DNA of 64,000 bases from Piromyces finnis finn (GCA_002104945.1 MCFH01000015.1:806001-870000); one strand, 5' to 3'. Numbered from the stretch's first letter, positions 11,605 to 26,929 are shown. Notes: generated by a model not told the origin, from the letters alone. A program made the numbers and translations.

Positions 11605-14600
11605 CTCCCCCTCAAATCAGTATTTAATTATTACTTGATTTGCAAAATTTTTAATTTTATTACCGTTAACATTTTTAGTTAATGTATCTGCTAACATTTT
11701 GTTGGTTTAAATATATTCTAACTTAATAATATTTTTATTAATATTGTCATTATTAAAATGATATTTAATTGAAATGTTTTAATTTTGGATTTAAGTCTCC
11801 ATTTTCCATTGAGGTATTACTTGCCATATTGTCGGTAAAGATTTTTATTGGTTTGCTAAAATGAAATAATTCATAATATATTTTTGAAATATAAAATCTT
11901 TTTGATATATAATGAAGCACTTACATATTCCGCTTCCGCTGTGGACGTAGCTACATTATCTTGTTTTCTAGAGTTCCAAGATATTGGATCTTTTCCCATT
12001 AAGATAATGTTATCTGAAGTAGATTTTCTATCCTTAACGTCGTTTGCGAAGTCTGAATCTGTGTAAGCTACTATGGTCTCCTTTACCGTGATATGTAATT
12101 TTATAATTTTTACTCGAATTTAAATATTTTAAAATATTTACGACTTTGACCCAGTCTGAAACTGTTGGATTTTCTGCATACCTAGCTGCTTTATTGACGG
12201 CGAAAGAGATATCAGGTCTTGTACATCTTGCTAAAAAGGATAGCCTTCCTATGGCACTCTTGTATATTGTTTTATCGAAGGGCTTCTTGTTTTCTGACAA
12301 TACATTATCTCCGACATATGGCGTATTTACAGCTCTACTATTATTAATGTTGAACTTATTTAAAATATTATTAATCATACTAATTTGTGAAATAGTATAA
12401 TTGTTATTGTTGTTTTCAACTTTGATTCCTAAGATATAATCTACTGGGCCGGACTTGGAAATACTAAAATTAATCTTGTTTTCTTATACATTTTTCTGAA
12501 TTTAGTTGGATAAAATTATGTTTCTTTAAGAATATGGAAATGGTAATATACCATTGTCTTCCAGATTGTTTAAGGCCATATAAATCCTTGTTTAATTTCC
12601 AATATCCTTTTCCATAGTTTTGATCTCCAGGTGGAATGGTAGCATAGATATCAAAGTCAAGTTTTGCATTGAGATATGCTGCTTTAATATCTAATTGGTA
12701 TATTGACCAATTACATTTTGTGGCTAAAGATATTATAAATTTAAGACAATCGATATTAAGAGTAGGAGAGTAAGTAAATTTATAATCGACTTCATATTTT
12801 TGTTTGAAACCTCTAGCAACCAGGCGAGCCTTTCTTTTAATGACTTTTCCTTCAGAATCAAATTTGTTAGCGAAAACCCAACCATCTAGTAGAAATAACT
12901 GTTTTACCTTTTGGGACAAATTTGACAAAGTTCATAATTTTATTATCATATAAATTATTAATTTCAGCCTTAATAGCCTTTTCCCATTCAAGTTTACATG
13001 GACCATTAATAGCATGATAATAACTAAAAGGTACATATGGAGAGGAATGAGAACCTTTATTGTTTATTGTTGATATTGAAAATATTTTTATCATGAAATC
13101 CATATGGGTTGAATTTATTGTTATTAGTACTTGAAGTAACTTTTAATTTGTTTGATTTGGTGGATTTATTAAATTTATTAGGATTGTTGGGGACAAAATT
13201 ATCGTTTATAATTAATCTCTTAATATTACTTCTTCCTCTATGTTGAAAGGACGAATTAAAAGCTTCTTTATTACTGTTTAGAACTCTATCAATATCTTTT
13301 AAATTTTTAATTTTAAAATTATTATTGGATTTATTATTTAATATATTATCGGTGGTATTATCAGATATATTAATATGTATATTGTAATTTGTGTCAGAAA
13401 AATTATTTATATTAGAATTATTTGAATTATTTAAATTATCAAAATTATTATTAAATAAAGTTTGATTATTTAATATATCACAATTTTGTGTAAAATTATT
13501 ATTATTAAATTTATTTTATTAATTAAGGTTTTTATATCTTTATTATTGTCATTAGTATTATTATTATCTGTGTTTGAAAAATTTTCATATATACCACCAT
13601 TTTTCTCTTTAAAATTTTCTTGATTAAAATTATTTTTAATATTTTCATTTTGATTTTCATTTTGATTTTCATTCTTATTGTTATTATTATTAATATTTAA
13701 ATTATTATGTGATTTATTAAATTAGGAGTTGTGCATTATTAACACTGTTTGGAATATTATTAGTCTCCTCATTAATTGCATTATTTGGATAATTATGTGT
13801 ATTAGTATTATTTGGTTCCTTATGAGTATTTGCCTCTTCTTTATTGCCAGTTTCGATGTTCGGATTCATTGCATTTACATCGCTATTTTTATCTTGTTCC
13901 TTAGTACTATTGGGATTAGATTTATATTGATTGTTGTTATCTTTTTCTTCAATATCCGAATTATTACTACTATTCTTGTTGTTGTAGTAATTTTTATTAT
14001 TACCCGAAAAATTGAAGTCAAATTCTAAAAAGTTTTTTCCAATTAAGTTGTTATTTTTAGAATTTGCCAGATGCAACTATGAAGGTGTATCTTCCATGCA
14101 AAAAACTTCACGTACTAAATGAATTTTGTGATCTTCAAAATCCATAACAATATAACAATGTGATTTTTCACTAGTGTTTTAGTGCAAGGTATAATTGTCT
14201 GATTATATCTTTCCGCAAAGCCATTATTTTCTGGGTTATATGATGAATATATTTTTGTATCCCATTATTTTTACAAAAGTTAATAATTTTCTTGTTATTA
14301 TATTCTTTTCCATTGTCAGATTTAAAATATTTTATCTTTTTATCATGAAATTTGTTGTTTAAAAATTTGAATATATCAATAATGAAATCAATGGCTTTAC
14401 TCTTGCTTTTTAATAAAAATAACCACGATTTTCTACTGTATTCATCAATAATTGTAAGTATAAATCTTTTACCAGTGTAATATTCACTTACAGGGCCAAT
14501 GATATCAGAATGTATCACTTCTAATATATCATTTGCTTTGGGATTATTTCCATTGTGTGGCGCCCCTTTTTAATTTGGTGATTTTACAGTCTTGACAAAA

Positions 14601-15130
14601 ATCCTTTTTTATGATATGTGAATCCAAATATTGAGATAAATTGGGGTTGTAAAAGTGGACAAATCTTCTGTGCCAAATTAGTTCCTTCATATTATTGTCA
14701 AGAGCTTGCATAGCCATAATATTGTTATTACTATTAAGTAATTTATTTTTATTTTTTTGAATGGCTATAATATTTATTTCATTATTGGAATTATCTAGAA
14801 AGGAGGCAATAGGTTTATAATTATCATTAAATAATTTCAGAGTGATATTATTATTGATGTTTTCGATTATAGCCTTAACTCCAGTCTTCGCAAGTTCGAT
14901 ACCACTTATCATGTTCTTCACAGCGTCTTTAGAATATAAAACACGATTTAATTTAATTTTAAAATTATTTACGCTAAATTCAAAATCTCCATAACCTTCA
15001 AATTCATAGAAAGTGTTATTAGCACATTTTAATTTAATATGTTTGTTTACAAAATTATTTAATAAACTTTTATTATTTGTAATATGTTAACCAGCCCCTG
15101 AATCATATAACCATGATGATTTATTATCAT
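11605..15130 (-). mobile_element. pol: Ty1/Copia remnant: protease, GAG-pre-integrase, integrase, RT, RNase H; many frameshifts
   Basis: W..DSG-like protease region ~15100, LIWHRRF..H..C..C (14544-14921), IHSDIIGP/SDNGKEY (14171-14518), RT 12034-13103, PPT GAGGGGGAG (11613-11605) followed by TGTTATA LTR start at 11604. Confidence 0.9.
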
Positions 15131-15974
15131 CATTTCTTGAATTATTTTTCTTTGTATTTTTATGATTAATATTGTTAATAAATAAATTAAATTTATTTTA
15201 GTGTTGATCTTCATTATTATATGTAAATTTTATTTTTATAATAAATTATATAAAATTATTTAATAATTATTTTATAATAAAATTTTCTACTAATATCAAA
15301 TTTATAATATATTTATAATTATTATTTATCATTTGCTGATAAAGAATGAAATTTATAAATAATAAATTAATAGAAATTAAAATAATAATGAACAATTAAA
15401 ATAATGTAAAATATAAATATTTAATTAAATTTTAAAAAGTAAAATATAAACAATTTTTGTTTATAAACAAACTTAAATGTAATTATATATTATATATAGA
15501 AATAGAAAACATTACTTTAAAAACTGTTACTAATTAGCCAGGAAAATTAGAATATTTTAATAATAAAATAATATATTAATATATTTTTTTTATAATATAT
15601 AGCGAGATGTATTATACATTTATTTTAAATAAATAAACTAATATTATAAATATTATTTTTCATAAATAAATAATTAATAAATAAATTTCATAATTAAATT
15701 ATATTAGAATTTTTATTTTAAATATAAAAACCTATTTAATTTTTAAACTAGTATTATTTAAAATTCTTTAATAAGTTTTAAAGAAAAGGTTAATAATAAA
15801 CAAGTATAATATTTTATTCTAGATTAAGTTGTATTATATCAAAACATTCTGACCAAGTTATCAACCCTAGCCCACTTTACAATACACTTAATAAACTCAA
15901 TTAAACTATAAATTATTTTTAATTATTACACTTTATTTCTTTATTAAATTAATTAAACTAAACTAAACTAATAC

Positions 15975-16617
15975 AACCGTTGATTATTTTACCGTGAAGG
16001 TTATTTCACCAGAGCAATCACTAGGTAATCAATTATCTTATTAAACTAAACTATACGATTTTCCAGTTATCGTTTCAATAGTTGAAAAATTATTCATACT
16101 TTTTAAATAAATTGAATAAATTCTAATATACATGTTTTAATATTATAATTTTACATTGTTTACATTTATACATTTATTAAAAGAAATTATTTGTATTAAG
16201 CTATTTAAATTCAATTTATTTACTAAAGGATTTTCTAAACTTAAAATAAAGTTTTGATTTACTTACTATATGGTTGATTATATTTCAAACATATATTTAA
16301 TTTATTTATTTCTAATTTTGAGGCTTAGTTTATAAAAAAAATTTTTATTATCTAAAATATTTATTGGTTAAAAATTATTTAATTTAAAATTTATTTTATC
16401 ATCAAAAACTTTATCTTATCATAAAATTAAATTTTACATAAATTTATGTTAATGTATTATAATACATTATCTTATCATAAATTAAAATTTCACATAAATT
16501 TATGTTAATGTATTGTGATATAAATGTTTACAAAATTTAAGGTACATTAATTTAATACATTATACATCATTTTAAATACGTATTAAATACATTATTTTAT
16601 TAATACAATATTTTACA
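15975..16617 (-). repeat. 3' LTR (part) of the 16619-17700 chromovirus; related copy at ~50255-50956
   Basis: PPT AAGAAGAGGGGC immediately precedes TGTAAAA at 16617. Long shared sequence with 50255-50956. Left boundary uncertain. Confidence 0.65.
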
Positions 16618-16618
16618 T

Positions 16619-17700
16619 GCCCCTCTTCTTAAGTCGAGCCCCTGAGAGACTTATGTTTAAACATAAGTATTCTTGGATCAATTGAGGGTCTTCGATTTCA
16701 TCTTCTCTAAGCCATGTACTTTCTGAAGATAACAAACTTTCCAAACCATAAAGTAGTACTTAGTTCCATTAACAACTTTTTCACTAACAATCTTCAATGG
16801 AATCCTTCAGTAGAATCGGTAGCAATGTTTGGTATTCTAGAAGTTGAATCGTTCACTTCAAATTCTCTTTCAACATAAGGTTCTAAGTTCGAAATGTGAA
16901 AAACGGGATGACATCTAAAGCTTTCGTGTAGTTCCAATTTATAAGAAACAAGTCCTGTTTTTTCAATAATCTTAAATGGTCCAAGTTTCTTATTTGTTAA
17001 TTTTGGAGGTCCTTTCGGAAATAAATCAGGACGCTTTAACCAAAATAAGTCACCAACCTTTAACTTAGGTCCATTAGGTCTAATACAATCAGCATACTTC
17101 TTATATCTTTCCTTGGCTTTTTCTAAGTTCTTCTTTAAAAATTTAATATTATCTTGCATCTGAGAGGCGTGCCTGTTAGCTCTTCTATTGTCACTATCAG
17201 CAGGAATATCGGTATTAAATCTTGGATTTTGTCCATAATTTGCAAAGAATGGAGTTTGATTTATAGATTGCTGAAGTGTATTATTATTATTATACGCAAA
17301 TTCGGCATAAGGCAAAAGGTTCATCCAGTTATCTTTTCTTTTGTTAATATAACATCTAAGAAATTGTTCTAATATACTATTTACACGTTCAGTCTGCCCA
17401 TCTGTTTGAGGATGGTGAGCACTAGAGATATTGTGCTTTATATTCAACAAAGTGCATAATCTTTGCCAAAATTCTGAAGTAAACTGAGTTCCTCGATCCG
17501 ATATTATTTCATCAGGTAGACCATGTAAACGAAAAACTTCTCTAAAAAATATATCAGCAGCAATTTGAGCAGAAGGAATCATCCTAAACGGAATAAAATG
17601 TGCTATCTTCGTTAATCTATCCACGACAACCATTATAACTGTTTTTTCCTTTGATTTTGGCAAATCATTTTAAGAAGACTGTGATACCATTATTGCCAAT
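16619..17700 (-). mobile_element. pol: Chromovirus integrase plus frameshifted chromodomain remnant
   Basis: VVVDRLTK, ISDRGTQF, DGQTERVN, GPFKI. The chromodomain-like KYYFMVWK..TWLREDEIED..LIQEY lies at ~16650-16800. Confidence 0.9.
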
Positions 17701-19050
17701 GGTAAATTGTGTACGATTAGACAAAAACGTTATAACAATGTTTATTCATTTATAAATGAATTCAAAAGAATTAGCCAGTATTAAACTTCAATGAATTGGC
17801 AAAAATTTACATGTTTCTTCAAGGACTTCATTTAAAATGAGGGAACAGGTTGATTACATCCGTGGTCGAAAAGTCAAGGTCCACACTTTATGTGAAGAGT
17901 TAGATGACGATAGCTATAGTAATAGTGTTAATTCCTATAACTTTTATCATAATCAAAATAATGTATATTATGTTTAAAGAAGTGTATAATTCAAAAAATT
18001 GTGAGGTAATAACCTCCACATTGTGAATACGATTGTGAGATTAAGTTAAAAGATAATTCAAATTTATTTTATGGTCCTTTGTAAGCAGAAAAAGATGAAT
18101 TAAAAAATTTATATAAAGGAAAATTTAGAAAAAGGGTTTATAAGAAAATCTATATCTCCTGCTGGGGCACCTGTGTTATTTGTAAAAAAAAAAAATGGTT
18201 CATTACGATTATGTGTTGATTATAGGAAATTGAATGATAAGACAGTTAGAAACTCATATTCACTTCCTTTAATTGTTGATTTATTGAATTATATTTATAA
18301 AAATATAATTAAATAGACTTTAATTTAAAGTTTCCTCATTTAATTATATTAAAATAATACTTAAAAATAAAATATTTACTTCCTTTAATTGTTGATTTAT
18401 TGGATAGAGTGAAAGGAGCTAAGTATTTTACCAAGTTAGATCTAAAATTGCCTATAAATTAGTAAGAATTAAAGAGGGTGACGAATTCAAAACAGCCTTC
18501 AGAATAAGATATGGTCATTTCAAATATCTCATAATGCCTTTTGGCTTAAAGAATGCTCATGCTACTTTCCAACATTTCATTAACTATGTTCTTAGTGAAT
18601 ACTTAGATGACTTTGTAATATCATATATTGATGATATTTTGATTTATTCTAATAATTTTGAAGAATATCATGAGAATGTAAAAAGGTTTTGAGAAACTTA
18701 TTAGATAACAATTTGTTTTTTAAATTAGAGAAGTGTGAATTTGGTTTATGTAATTATTATAGAATAAATATTCTATAATAATTACATAAACCAAAGATTT
18801 TGTAAAAATTTCGGTCCTTTACTCAAACTTACTAGGAAAGATCCTATTTGTTTGGGGTTTAGAACAACAGAAAGTATTTGATACTTTTGATACTTCTGCA
18901 CTCATACTTAAACATCCGGATAGCAATAAGCCCTTTATCGTCTAGATTGATGCAAGTAACTTTGCTGTCGGTGCAATTCTATCACTTCCTATTGCTTTCA
19001 TTTCTTCAAATCTAACAAAGTCTCAAAGAAATTACAAAATCTATGATAGA
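17690..19050 (+). pseudogene. Heavily decayed chromovirus gag/RT/RNase H fragments
   Basis: GKLCTIRQKRY..INEFKRI (gag), [25 protein letters not shown] and DASNFAVGAILS remnants homologous to 42840-47651. Confidence 0.8.
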
Positions 19051-19679
19051 GTTTGTAAAATACTAGATTAAACAAAACTGCGATAATACTAAATTTATAT
19101 ACATTATTGTATTATAGTTTTATATACTTTATTAATGATTTTTTACCAATATGTTATTAACTACTACAATTTTAAATAATTACATATATTAACTATTATA
19201 CCTAAGTTTTATTAATAGTAATAATATCATATATTTAGTATAATATAATTTTTTATGATTAACAAAATGAAAATAAAATGGATTTTTAATTGTTTGCATT
19301 ATAATTAACAAAGCATTTTCTAATTATATATATTAACTATAATAATTTAAAAATATACGCCAAATATATAAATTATATAATGTTAATTATATAATATAAA
19401 GCATCATCCATTTTCAACAAAAGATTATACTTTAAATTCTAATTATTGCTATTAACATTTCATTTCTATTCCTGGCGATTCGTTATGTTCTTATTTTACA
19501 TATATTTCTAATTAAGCAGCCTTCCCTATATTTTTAGCACAATTTTGTAATTCAATTAATCTTTCTTTGTCTAATTCTAATATTCAAACAGACTACCTAT
19601 TTTCGTTTCTTCTAATGAAGAATCCGAAAAGTCCGTTAATTCCTTTGCTTTAATCGGTACTGATCCATTTAACTCTAAA

Positions 19680-20060
19680 TCCCAGGGACAAAAATGTAGA
19701 TCAAGATTCAGATATTCATAGTGCTTCTAAAAAATCTCTTTTTTCTTAAAGATTTTGATGAATTCCAAGGTGTCTTTAATGTTAACTTCAGCATACTCAT
19801 CGTTTATATGAATATGAGGTTAAACTAAAAGAAAATTCGAATCTTTTTACAGTCAAATTTATCTTCTAACTGAAAACGAATCTAATACCTTAGAAAAATA
19901 TATCAAAGAAAATCTTAGAAAGGGTATCATCAAAATGTCCAGATCACACGCTTGTATTCCTGTTTCCATTTTCCTTAAGAAAAATGGTCAATTTCAAATG
20001 TACGTTGATAATAGGAAGTTAAATTTAATTACAATCATAGATTTTATCCATTTCCACTAA
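19680..20060 (+). pseudogene. Decayed Gypsy RT N-terminal fragment
   Basis: EYEVKLKENSNLF..KYIKENLRKGII..MYVDNRKLN-like remnants. Confidence 0.6.
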
Positions 20061-20479
20061 TCCAAAATATGATTTAACATTTCTGAAAAGAAAGAACATT
20101 TTTTTACTTATAAATAATATATATATTTCGTGTTTTTTTAAAAAAAATATAAATTCTCAAATGATAATTTTATATATATATATTTTTGTTTTATTTATTA
20201 AGTTTTATTTATTTATTTTTATTAAATTTTAATTGAGTTTTCTATTATCTTAATTCTACAATATTGTAAATAGTTTGATAAAATCTATCTTTTTAACATA
20301 GATACATATTATTTATTTTTAACATTCATTATTATTCCTTTATTCCTCATTCCTTAATATAGTTTCTTTAAACAAATTAAAAATAAAATTTATAGTTGGA
20401 AAATAATGAATATAAAAATTTTTTGAAATTTCAATTTTTAATATATATATTTTTCTTTTAATATATAACTCCTTTTTAT

Positions 20480-21220
20480 ATGTGTTTTTTCTGATATCAG
20501 ATAAACCACATAAAAAGTCAATTTCAACAGAACGTCATGGTCTATTAGGAATTTCTAAAGGTTGTAAAAGACCATATTTTTTGTGTTTATTGAATTTGTT
20601 TCAATTACAAATTTCACAAGAATTAAAAAATTTAGTTATATCTTTATGAATTTTTGGCCACCAATAATTTCTATTAATTAATTCTTCAGTTCTCTTAACA
20701 TCCAAATGGACTGCATCTGAATTCTCATAATATCTCATCTCATAAGGACTTCTAATCTAATATATTGATTTGGAATTTTACCATCTAAAGTATAAAGTAA
20801 ATTACAGTGGTCTGTAAAAACTGTTACCTTAAACTTAGCTCTTAAAAGAAGATGACATCAGACTGAAAAAGCAGATTTAATAGAAAGAAGTTCTTTACCC
20901 ATGATGGAGTAATTTCTTTTAGTATCATTTATACTTCTAGAAAAATAAGCAACAGGATTTAATTTTTTATCTTCATCATATTGAGATAAAATAGAACCTA
21001 CTGCAAAATTATTGACGTCACTCCTGTTGTTACATTAAGAGGCCTATTAGAATCAGGAAAAGCTAAAACGAGAGAAGTAATCATCATTGTATGCATTACG
21101 CAAATCTAGTAGAATATGGAATTTATAACAAAAACATCATCACATATCTAATTTAACATTTTTCCTAGTTAAATTATGTAGAGGTTTGGCAATTTTTGCA
21201 AAGTTATTAATAAATCTTCT
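20480..21220 (-). pseudogene. Decayed Gypsy RT-end/RNase H/integrase fragments
   Basis: GLLQPLEIPNRPW, WWPKIHKDI, PVAYFSR and NFAVGSILSQ remnants on the minus strand. Confidence 0.7.
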
Positions 21221-21558
21221 ATAATATATTATTAAAAAGATTTTTAAAAATGTAACATATTCATATTGATAAATACATATAACATTATATATTATATTTC
21301 ATTATATTATATAGTAATACAAAAAATAATTAAAATTAATATTATTAGTAAATTAATAAATAAATGGTTATTAAAAAGAATTTAATAAACATTATTAAAA
21401 ATAATATTTAATAAGATTTATAAATATTTATTATATAAATAATTGTATAGTTTGTAGAATTTATCATTAAAAACTACATATAAAAAGCGATTTTTTTTTT
21501 AAACAATAAATTATATAATAACATTGTAGTACAATTAAAAATCAAAAAAAAAATTAAA

Positions 21559-21686
21559 GATGATGTACAATGTAAATTTTAAATAATTATATTATTTGTA
21601 GATGATGTACAATGTAAATTTTAAATAATTATATTATTTGTAGATGATGTACAATGTAAATTTTAAATAATTATATTATTTGTAGA
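21559..21686. repeat. 42-bp tandem repeat x3
   Basis: GATGATGTACAATGTAAATTTTAAATAATTATATTATTTGTA starts at 21559, 21601 and 21643. Confidence 0.9.
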
Positions 21687-22399
21687 AAGTTAAAATAATA
21701 AGTTAAAAAATAAATAGTTAATTATTTCACATATTTTAACTTATTATTAAAGTTAGTATAAAAATAATAATTTACTTTATTTCATGCTTTATTTTATATA
21801 TTATTTTTAAATATTTTGTTTAAAAATCATTTTAAGATAATATACATTTAAATACCTATTATTTTGTTTTAATTATATTTTAACTTTACTTTATTTTTAA
21901 ATATAATTTAGTAAATTTAAAAAACTTTATTTTATATTTTTTTCTATTGATAATTTATTATTTAGTTGAATTTCTTTTATTATGGTAAAATTTTGTCATT
22001 TTGCTTTTAATTTAAAGATGATGATCTGAACGTCCTCTCAAATCAATTTTTACTTCATCACAACCATCCCAACCATAATTATTTCTTATACTTGATTCAC
22101 AGGAACTATAAAATTTATCGTTTTCAAAGCATTCTTTACAATCATATATTTCACAAATAAGCTTTAATTTTTTTTCATCTTTTTCACTATGGTAAACCAT
22201 TTTATTAACTTTACATTGAATTTTATGTAAATCATTTTTGCAATTGTTATCGTGTCCCCACCAACTTTTTTCAACACCTTGTTTAGTCGAATTAACTTAT
22301 TTATTTTCTTGAATTACATTTTTTTCCTCAACGTTTTTTTACATAGTAGGGATGAGAACTTATTATTAAAGTAGGAAAATAATTAGTTATCAAACACAT

Positions 22400-23654
22400 C
22401 ATTTTTTAAAAATCACAAACTCGAGATTATTAAAGTATTATTAATTATGTTACAAGAAATTTCATTACATAAAATATTATTAAATAAATGATCACTGCGT
22501 ATAGATAATAAATCAGGTTTTCCTGACTTTTTACCAGCTTTATAAATTAACTTAAAATCAAAACGAGATAAGAATTCGTACCATCTTATCTGTCGTTGTG
22601 AAAGCATTTCAGATTTTCTAGGAAAATTAAATTCTTATGATTTACGCTTTCTTTTTCCATTATTACAATGACGAGCACAATAATCCGAACTGAAAAAAAT
22701 CTTTCTTGAGTTGTGGTAGTTTTGAGGACTATGTTTATCGATCCAAGGAATATCTAAAATGATGTAAACATCTGGAATTCGAAGAACAAAAAGTTGAAAT
22801 TACCTCAAGGTGGTTTCTATAACGAAGAATACATTTTTCTGTATCACTTTCAACCACAGTCATGTCGTGTAAAATATTAATCTTAAAACAGATTATATAT
22901 TTAACAATAAAACAACTATACACGAAAACAAAAAAATAAAAGAATATTTTTTATTACAACTTTTACTTTTATTAATTATCAAAATTTAAAATAACAATTA
23001 CATCATCGATTTAATAAACAAAAATTACATGTATTTTTATTTTTTCATAATTAAATTCTAATATATTATTCTATTTAAATAAACATATATTTAATATAAA
23101 ATAAACAACACTAATCTAATTAAATAATAAAATAATATAAAATAAACAACACTAATCTAATTAAATAATAAAATAAAAGAACTAAACTAAACTAATTCAT
23201 TATACTTTTAATTCAATTTGAGTAAACTCAAAATTGAATAAAGTCCATGTATTTTCTATAAATTAATTTAATATTATCAATACTATTCTTAATATATTTC
23301 CTATTGAAATATAAACAAATCTATTTTTAAAACTCAGTTAAAATTATTAAACTATTCTAAATTTAAATAAAAAAGTATAATCTATTCTAAAATTAAATAA
23401 AAAGTATTTAAAAAATATATTAATTATTTAAAATATTTGAAATATTTAAATTTAATTAAAATTCTTTTATTCCTTAAATTTATATATTTACCTTTATTTA
23501 AATTTAACGGAATTATTATAAAATAATTTATTATTAAATTATTCCATAAAATTAATTCAAAAATTTTATAATCAATTTTACTAAATATTAATTTATTATT
23601 TAATAATTAATAATTAATTTTAAATAATCTAATGATATATATTATATCTTTACA
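22400..23654 (-). mobile_element. Deleted chromovirus: LTR (22868-23654) followed directly by protease and RNase H fragments
   Basis: LTR is homologous to 8650-9396 and 42082-42808. KCILRYRNHLEV and MLSQRQIRWYEFLSRFDFKLIY match 42840-47651. No TSD. Confidence 0.8.
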
Positions 23655-23689
23655 ATATCAAATACTAGATATGTTGATAGATTAAATAG

Positions 23690-25375
23690 TATTCATAAAA
23701 ATAATACAACTATAGAAAATAAAAATAAAACAAATATAACATATAACAATGAAAAAGAAGATTTCTTTTATTTAGAGAATAGTATTAATAATAAATATGA
23801 TAAATACTATCTTATTTATGCTAATAATACATATGCTACATCAAAAGAAAATATTTTAAAAAAGAGAGAACACAATTTGTAAATTCAGTTATACATGAAA
23901 TACATGATTTAATTTTAGAAAATAAAGAAACATTCAAAAATCAAAATAAATTGAGCGATTTAATAAAAGATGCCCATCCCTTAAAAAAAAGAAATAATAG
24001 CAATAAATCAAATTTAGTATTTGAAATTGCTTCTATAAATGGAGTATCAGTACTATTTTTTTTCCTTTCATATGAACTCAATAAAATAATAAAATCTATG
24101 CCTTATATTCGTGATATTGAACCAGATAAAAAATTAAAATTAAAAATACCTTCCTATGATGTTGAAAATTCCAAAAGCGGACTAAGAAATAAGAAATTTA
24201 ATTTTATTAATGATCCTGAAATTGATAAGATTCATAATCATAATAAAAATATTTTTAATGACAATAAGGTTAATATTGAAAAAATTAAAAATGAGATGGG
24301 ATGGAAAGACGTTAAAATAAAAAAAAATCTGATCTTCATCTGTCTCTAATCTCTCAAGGTAAATTTAATTTAATTCATATAATTTTGAAAATTACGATAA
24401 AAATTATTATTATCCAAAATCATCTGGAAAGGGAATAGATATTTACATTTTAGATTCTGATTTTAATTTTAATCAATGAATATTTAAATAATAATGAAAG
24501 AGAAGCAAAGTGTTTAGGTGTTTTCCGTAATGGTACATTTGATAAATCTAAAGATTGCTCCATGCCTAACGACCCACGCGGAGAATTAGTTGGTGGTATT
24601 AAACATGGTGTTGCTAGAAGTGCTAATATTTATGGTATGGCTATTGAATTCGATGGTGAAGATGGAACAACAATCAATAGATCGAATTTTATTAAAACTC
24701 TTGAGTATATTAGAAACAATATACCTATAAAAAAAATTGATATATATTAAATATTTTTTTAGGGAAATATTTTTCTATTGAAAAGGATGTAGAAAAAATC
24801 AATTTTATTAAAGAAAATTTTGCGAAATTAAATGAAAAAGGAATTGTGGTTATTACTTCTTCAGGTAATAATTGGAATAATATAATTAAAGAATATAAAA
24901 ATGAAACATTTAAGACTTTCATACGAATTAGATAATGTCGTTTTTATAGGAAGTATTGATAATTATAGCTATTATACCGATCCATATTTAACTTATTGGG
25001 CAACATGGATATAAAATATATGAATCAAATAATTATTCAAGAGCCCCTTTTTCAAATTATGGAAAAAATGTTAATGTTTTAGCTCCCGGTTTTGTCATTC
25101 TGGAATTCATAAATGAATACATTGAAGTAGAAGACATATTCATTGGCACTTCCTTTTCCAGTTCAATTGTTGCTGGTGTAGCAGTAACAATTATGAGTGA
25201 ACATTCACTCAATAAATTTAACTCAACATCTATGATTTCTTATATTACTAAACATGATTTAAATGGTATCACCGATATACAACGGCCCAGATATATTTAT
25301 AAATAATGGAAAAAAAGTATATATAATATTTCATCATATTTATATAATGAAGACGAAATTGATTCAGCCAAAGAA
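23690..25375 (+). pseudogene. Subtilisin-like (S8) serine protease pseudogene
   Basis: Ordered remnants: DIYILDSD (~24440, catalytic Asp motif), VGGIKHGVARSANIY, GIVVITSSGN (oxyanion Asn), SNYGKNVNVLAPG, GTSFSSSIVAGVA (~25145, catalytic Ser). The His motif is missing and there are several frameshifts. Confidence 0.8.
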
Positions 25376-26332
25376 TAAATAGATAAATAGTGTAAGTATA
25401 TAAATTATAATAAATATATAATTATTTTATATAAATTAATCACTAATGTTATAATTATTAGTAATACATATATGAATATTAAAAAGCTAAATTTAATAAC
25501 TACTGAAAATTATTTATTTAGGAATACTATTATATAAAATTAATAATTTTTAATAAAAAGAATAATTTATTTTAAAATAAATTTAAAAATACTAATGAGT
25601 GTTAATAAGTAATATTATATTTTTAAGGGTTTTAAAAAATCATATGTTATTTAAATTTTTATATGTATCATGTGTATTATAGTATGATTTATAAGTTATA
25701 TTTTTTTAATTAAATATTAAATTAAGAAACTTGATTTATCATCAATAAAAATTTTTAAAAGTAATTATACACAACATGTATATAATATTTATATTATATC
25801 TTTTAATATTATTAATAAAATATTCTATATAAACATTTAATAAATTTAATATTATTAATTATAAAAATAATAATATCTATATTGTAATACGCACAATAAT
25901 TTATAAACAATTTATTTAAATATTATAATTATATTGATATGAAATATTAAATAAAACATAAAATAAATTAAAATATTCATGTAATAACGTGACTAAAAGC
26001 AATTGAGGCGTAAGTAAATTCACACGATAAGATAAATTTAAGTAATAATATAAATTTATTTTATTTATTGTTTTTATTTATAATATTTTATATTTTATAT
26101 TTATATTTTATTATATTTTTATTATATAAGTTTCTCCCTAAAAAGGAAATAGAACTGAGTTATATCATTTGGTGGAGATATCGGTTCTTTTAGAGGAAGA
26201 GGAAGTTATACAATTTTAATAAATTGTATTATTTAGTTTTTTTTTTACATAACATTTTTAATTCTGCTTATAGTTATTCATTAACTATATTATAAAAAAA
26301 ATATATAAATTATTATTATTTAATATTGATAA

Positions 26333-26707
26333 TTGTTAGAGAAAGACTTAGCTAATACCAAGTGTAACATTTCGTTTGCCCAAATTCTGGATATTTGTCC
26401 TAAACTTAGAAGTAAATTAACTAAGAACCTTAAACTAGAAAAATTAAAATTTGTTAACTCTATGTATTTTAATGATGATTTTAATTTCTATAATAATAAC
26501 ATTACAGTTCATAATGCTAAATTTAAAAATGATGACTTAGGTATAGTCTTAGCCTCAGTCGATAATATTAAAAATAAACTCCTTATTGATTCTGGAAGTA
26601 ATCTAAATTTGGTTACTACTAAATATTTCAACAAATTGCCTGTGCAATATGAAACTGTAGGCGTTTGTCGCGGTAAAATTGGTAAAATTTTGTTAAGTAT
26701 AAAGTAA
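26333..26707 (+). pseudogene. Isolated Gypsy aspartic protease fragment
   Basis: ISFAQILDICPKLR..KL and LLIDSGSNLNLV, similar in layout to the 30756-31200 region. Confidence 0.7.
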
Positions 26708-26929
26708 TTATACTAATACAAATAATAAAGATCTTAAATAACTATATACAAATAATATAACTATATAATAAAAATATTAATAATTACTAGAAAAATGTAT
26801 AAAAATTATATATTGTAATTTTTATATTTTAAAAATAGAGTTAAACACTGATAAGGAATATAAATAGTTGAAGGTTAAATCCTAAAGTTCTAGCTAATTC
26901 AACTATTTATGTTCATTCCTTAACATCAA

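Noticed and set aside
22012-22350. Cys-rich ORF fragment, possibly a small secreted protein
   Set aside because: Short, broken frames and no recognisable motif; cannot be supported.
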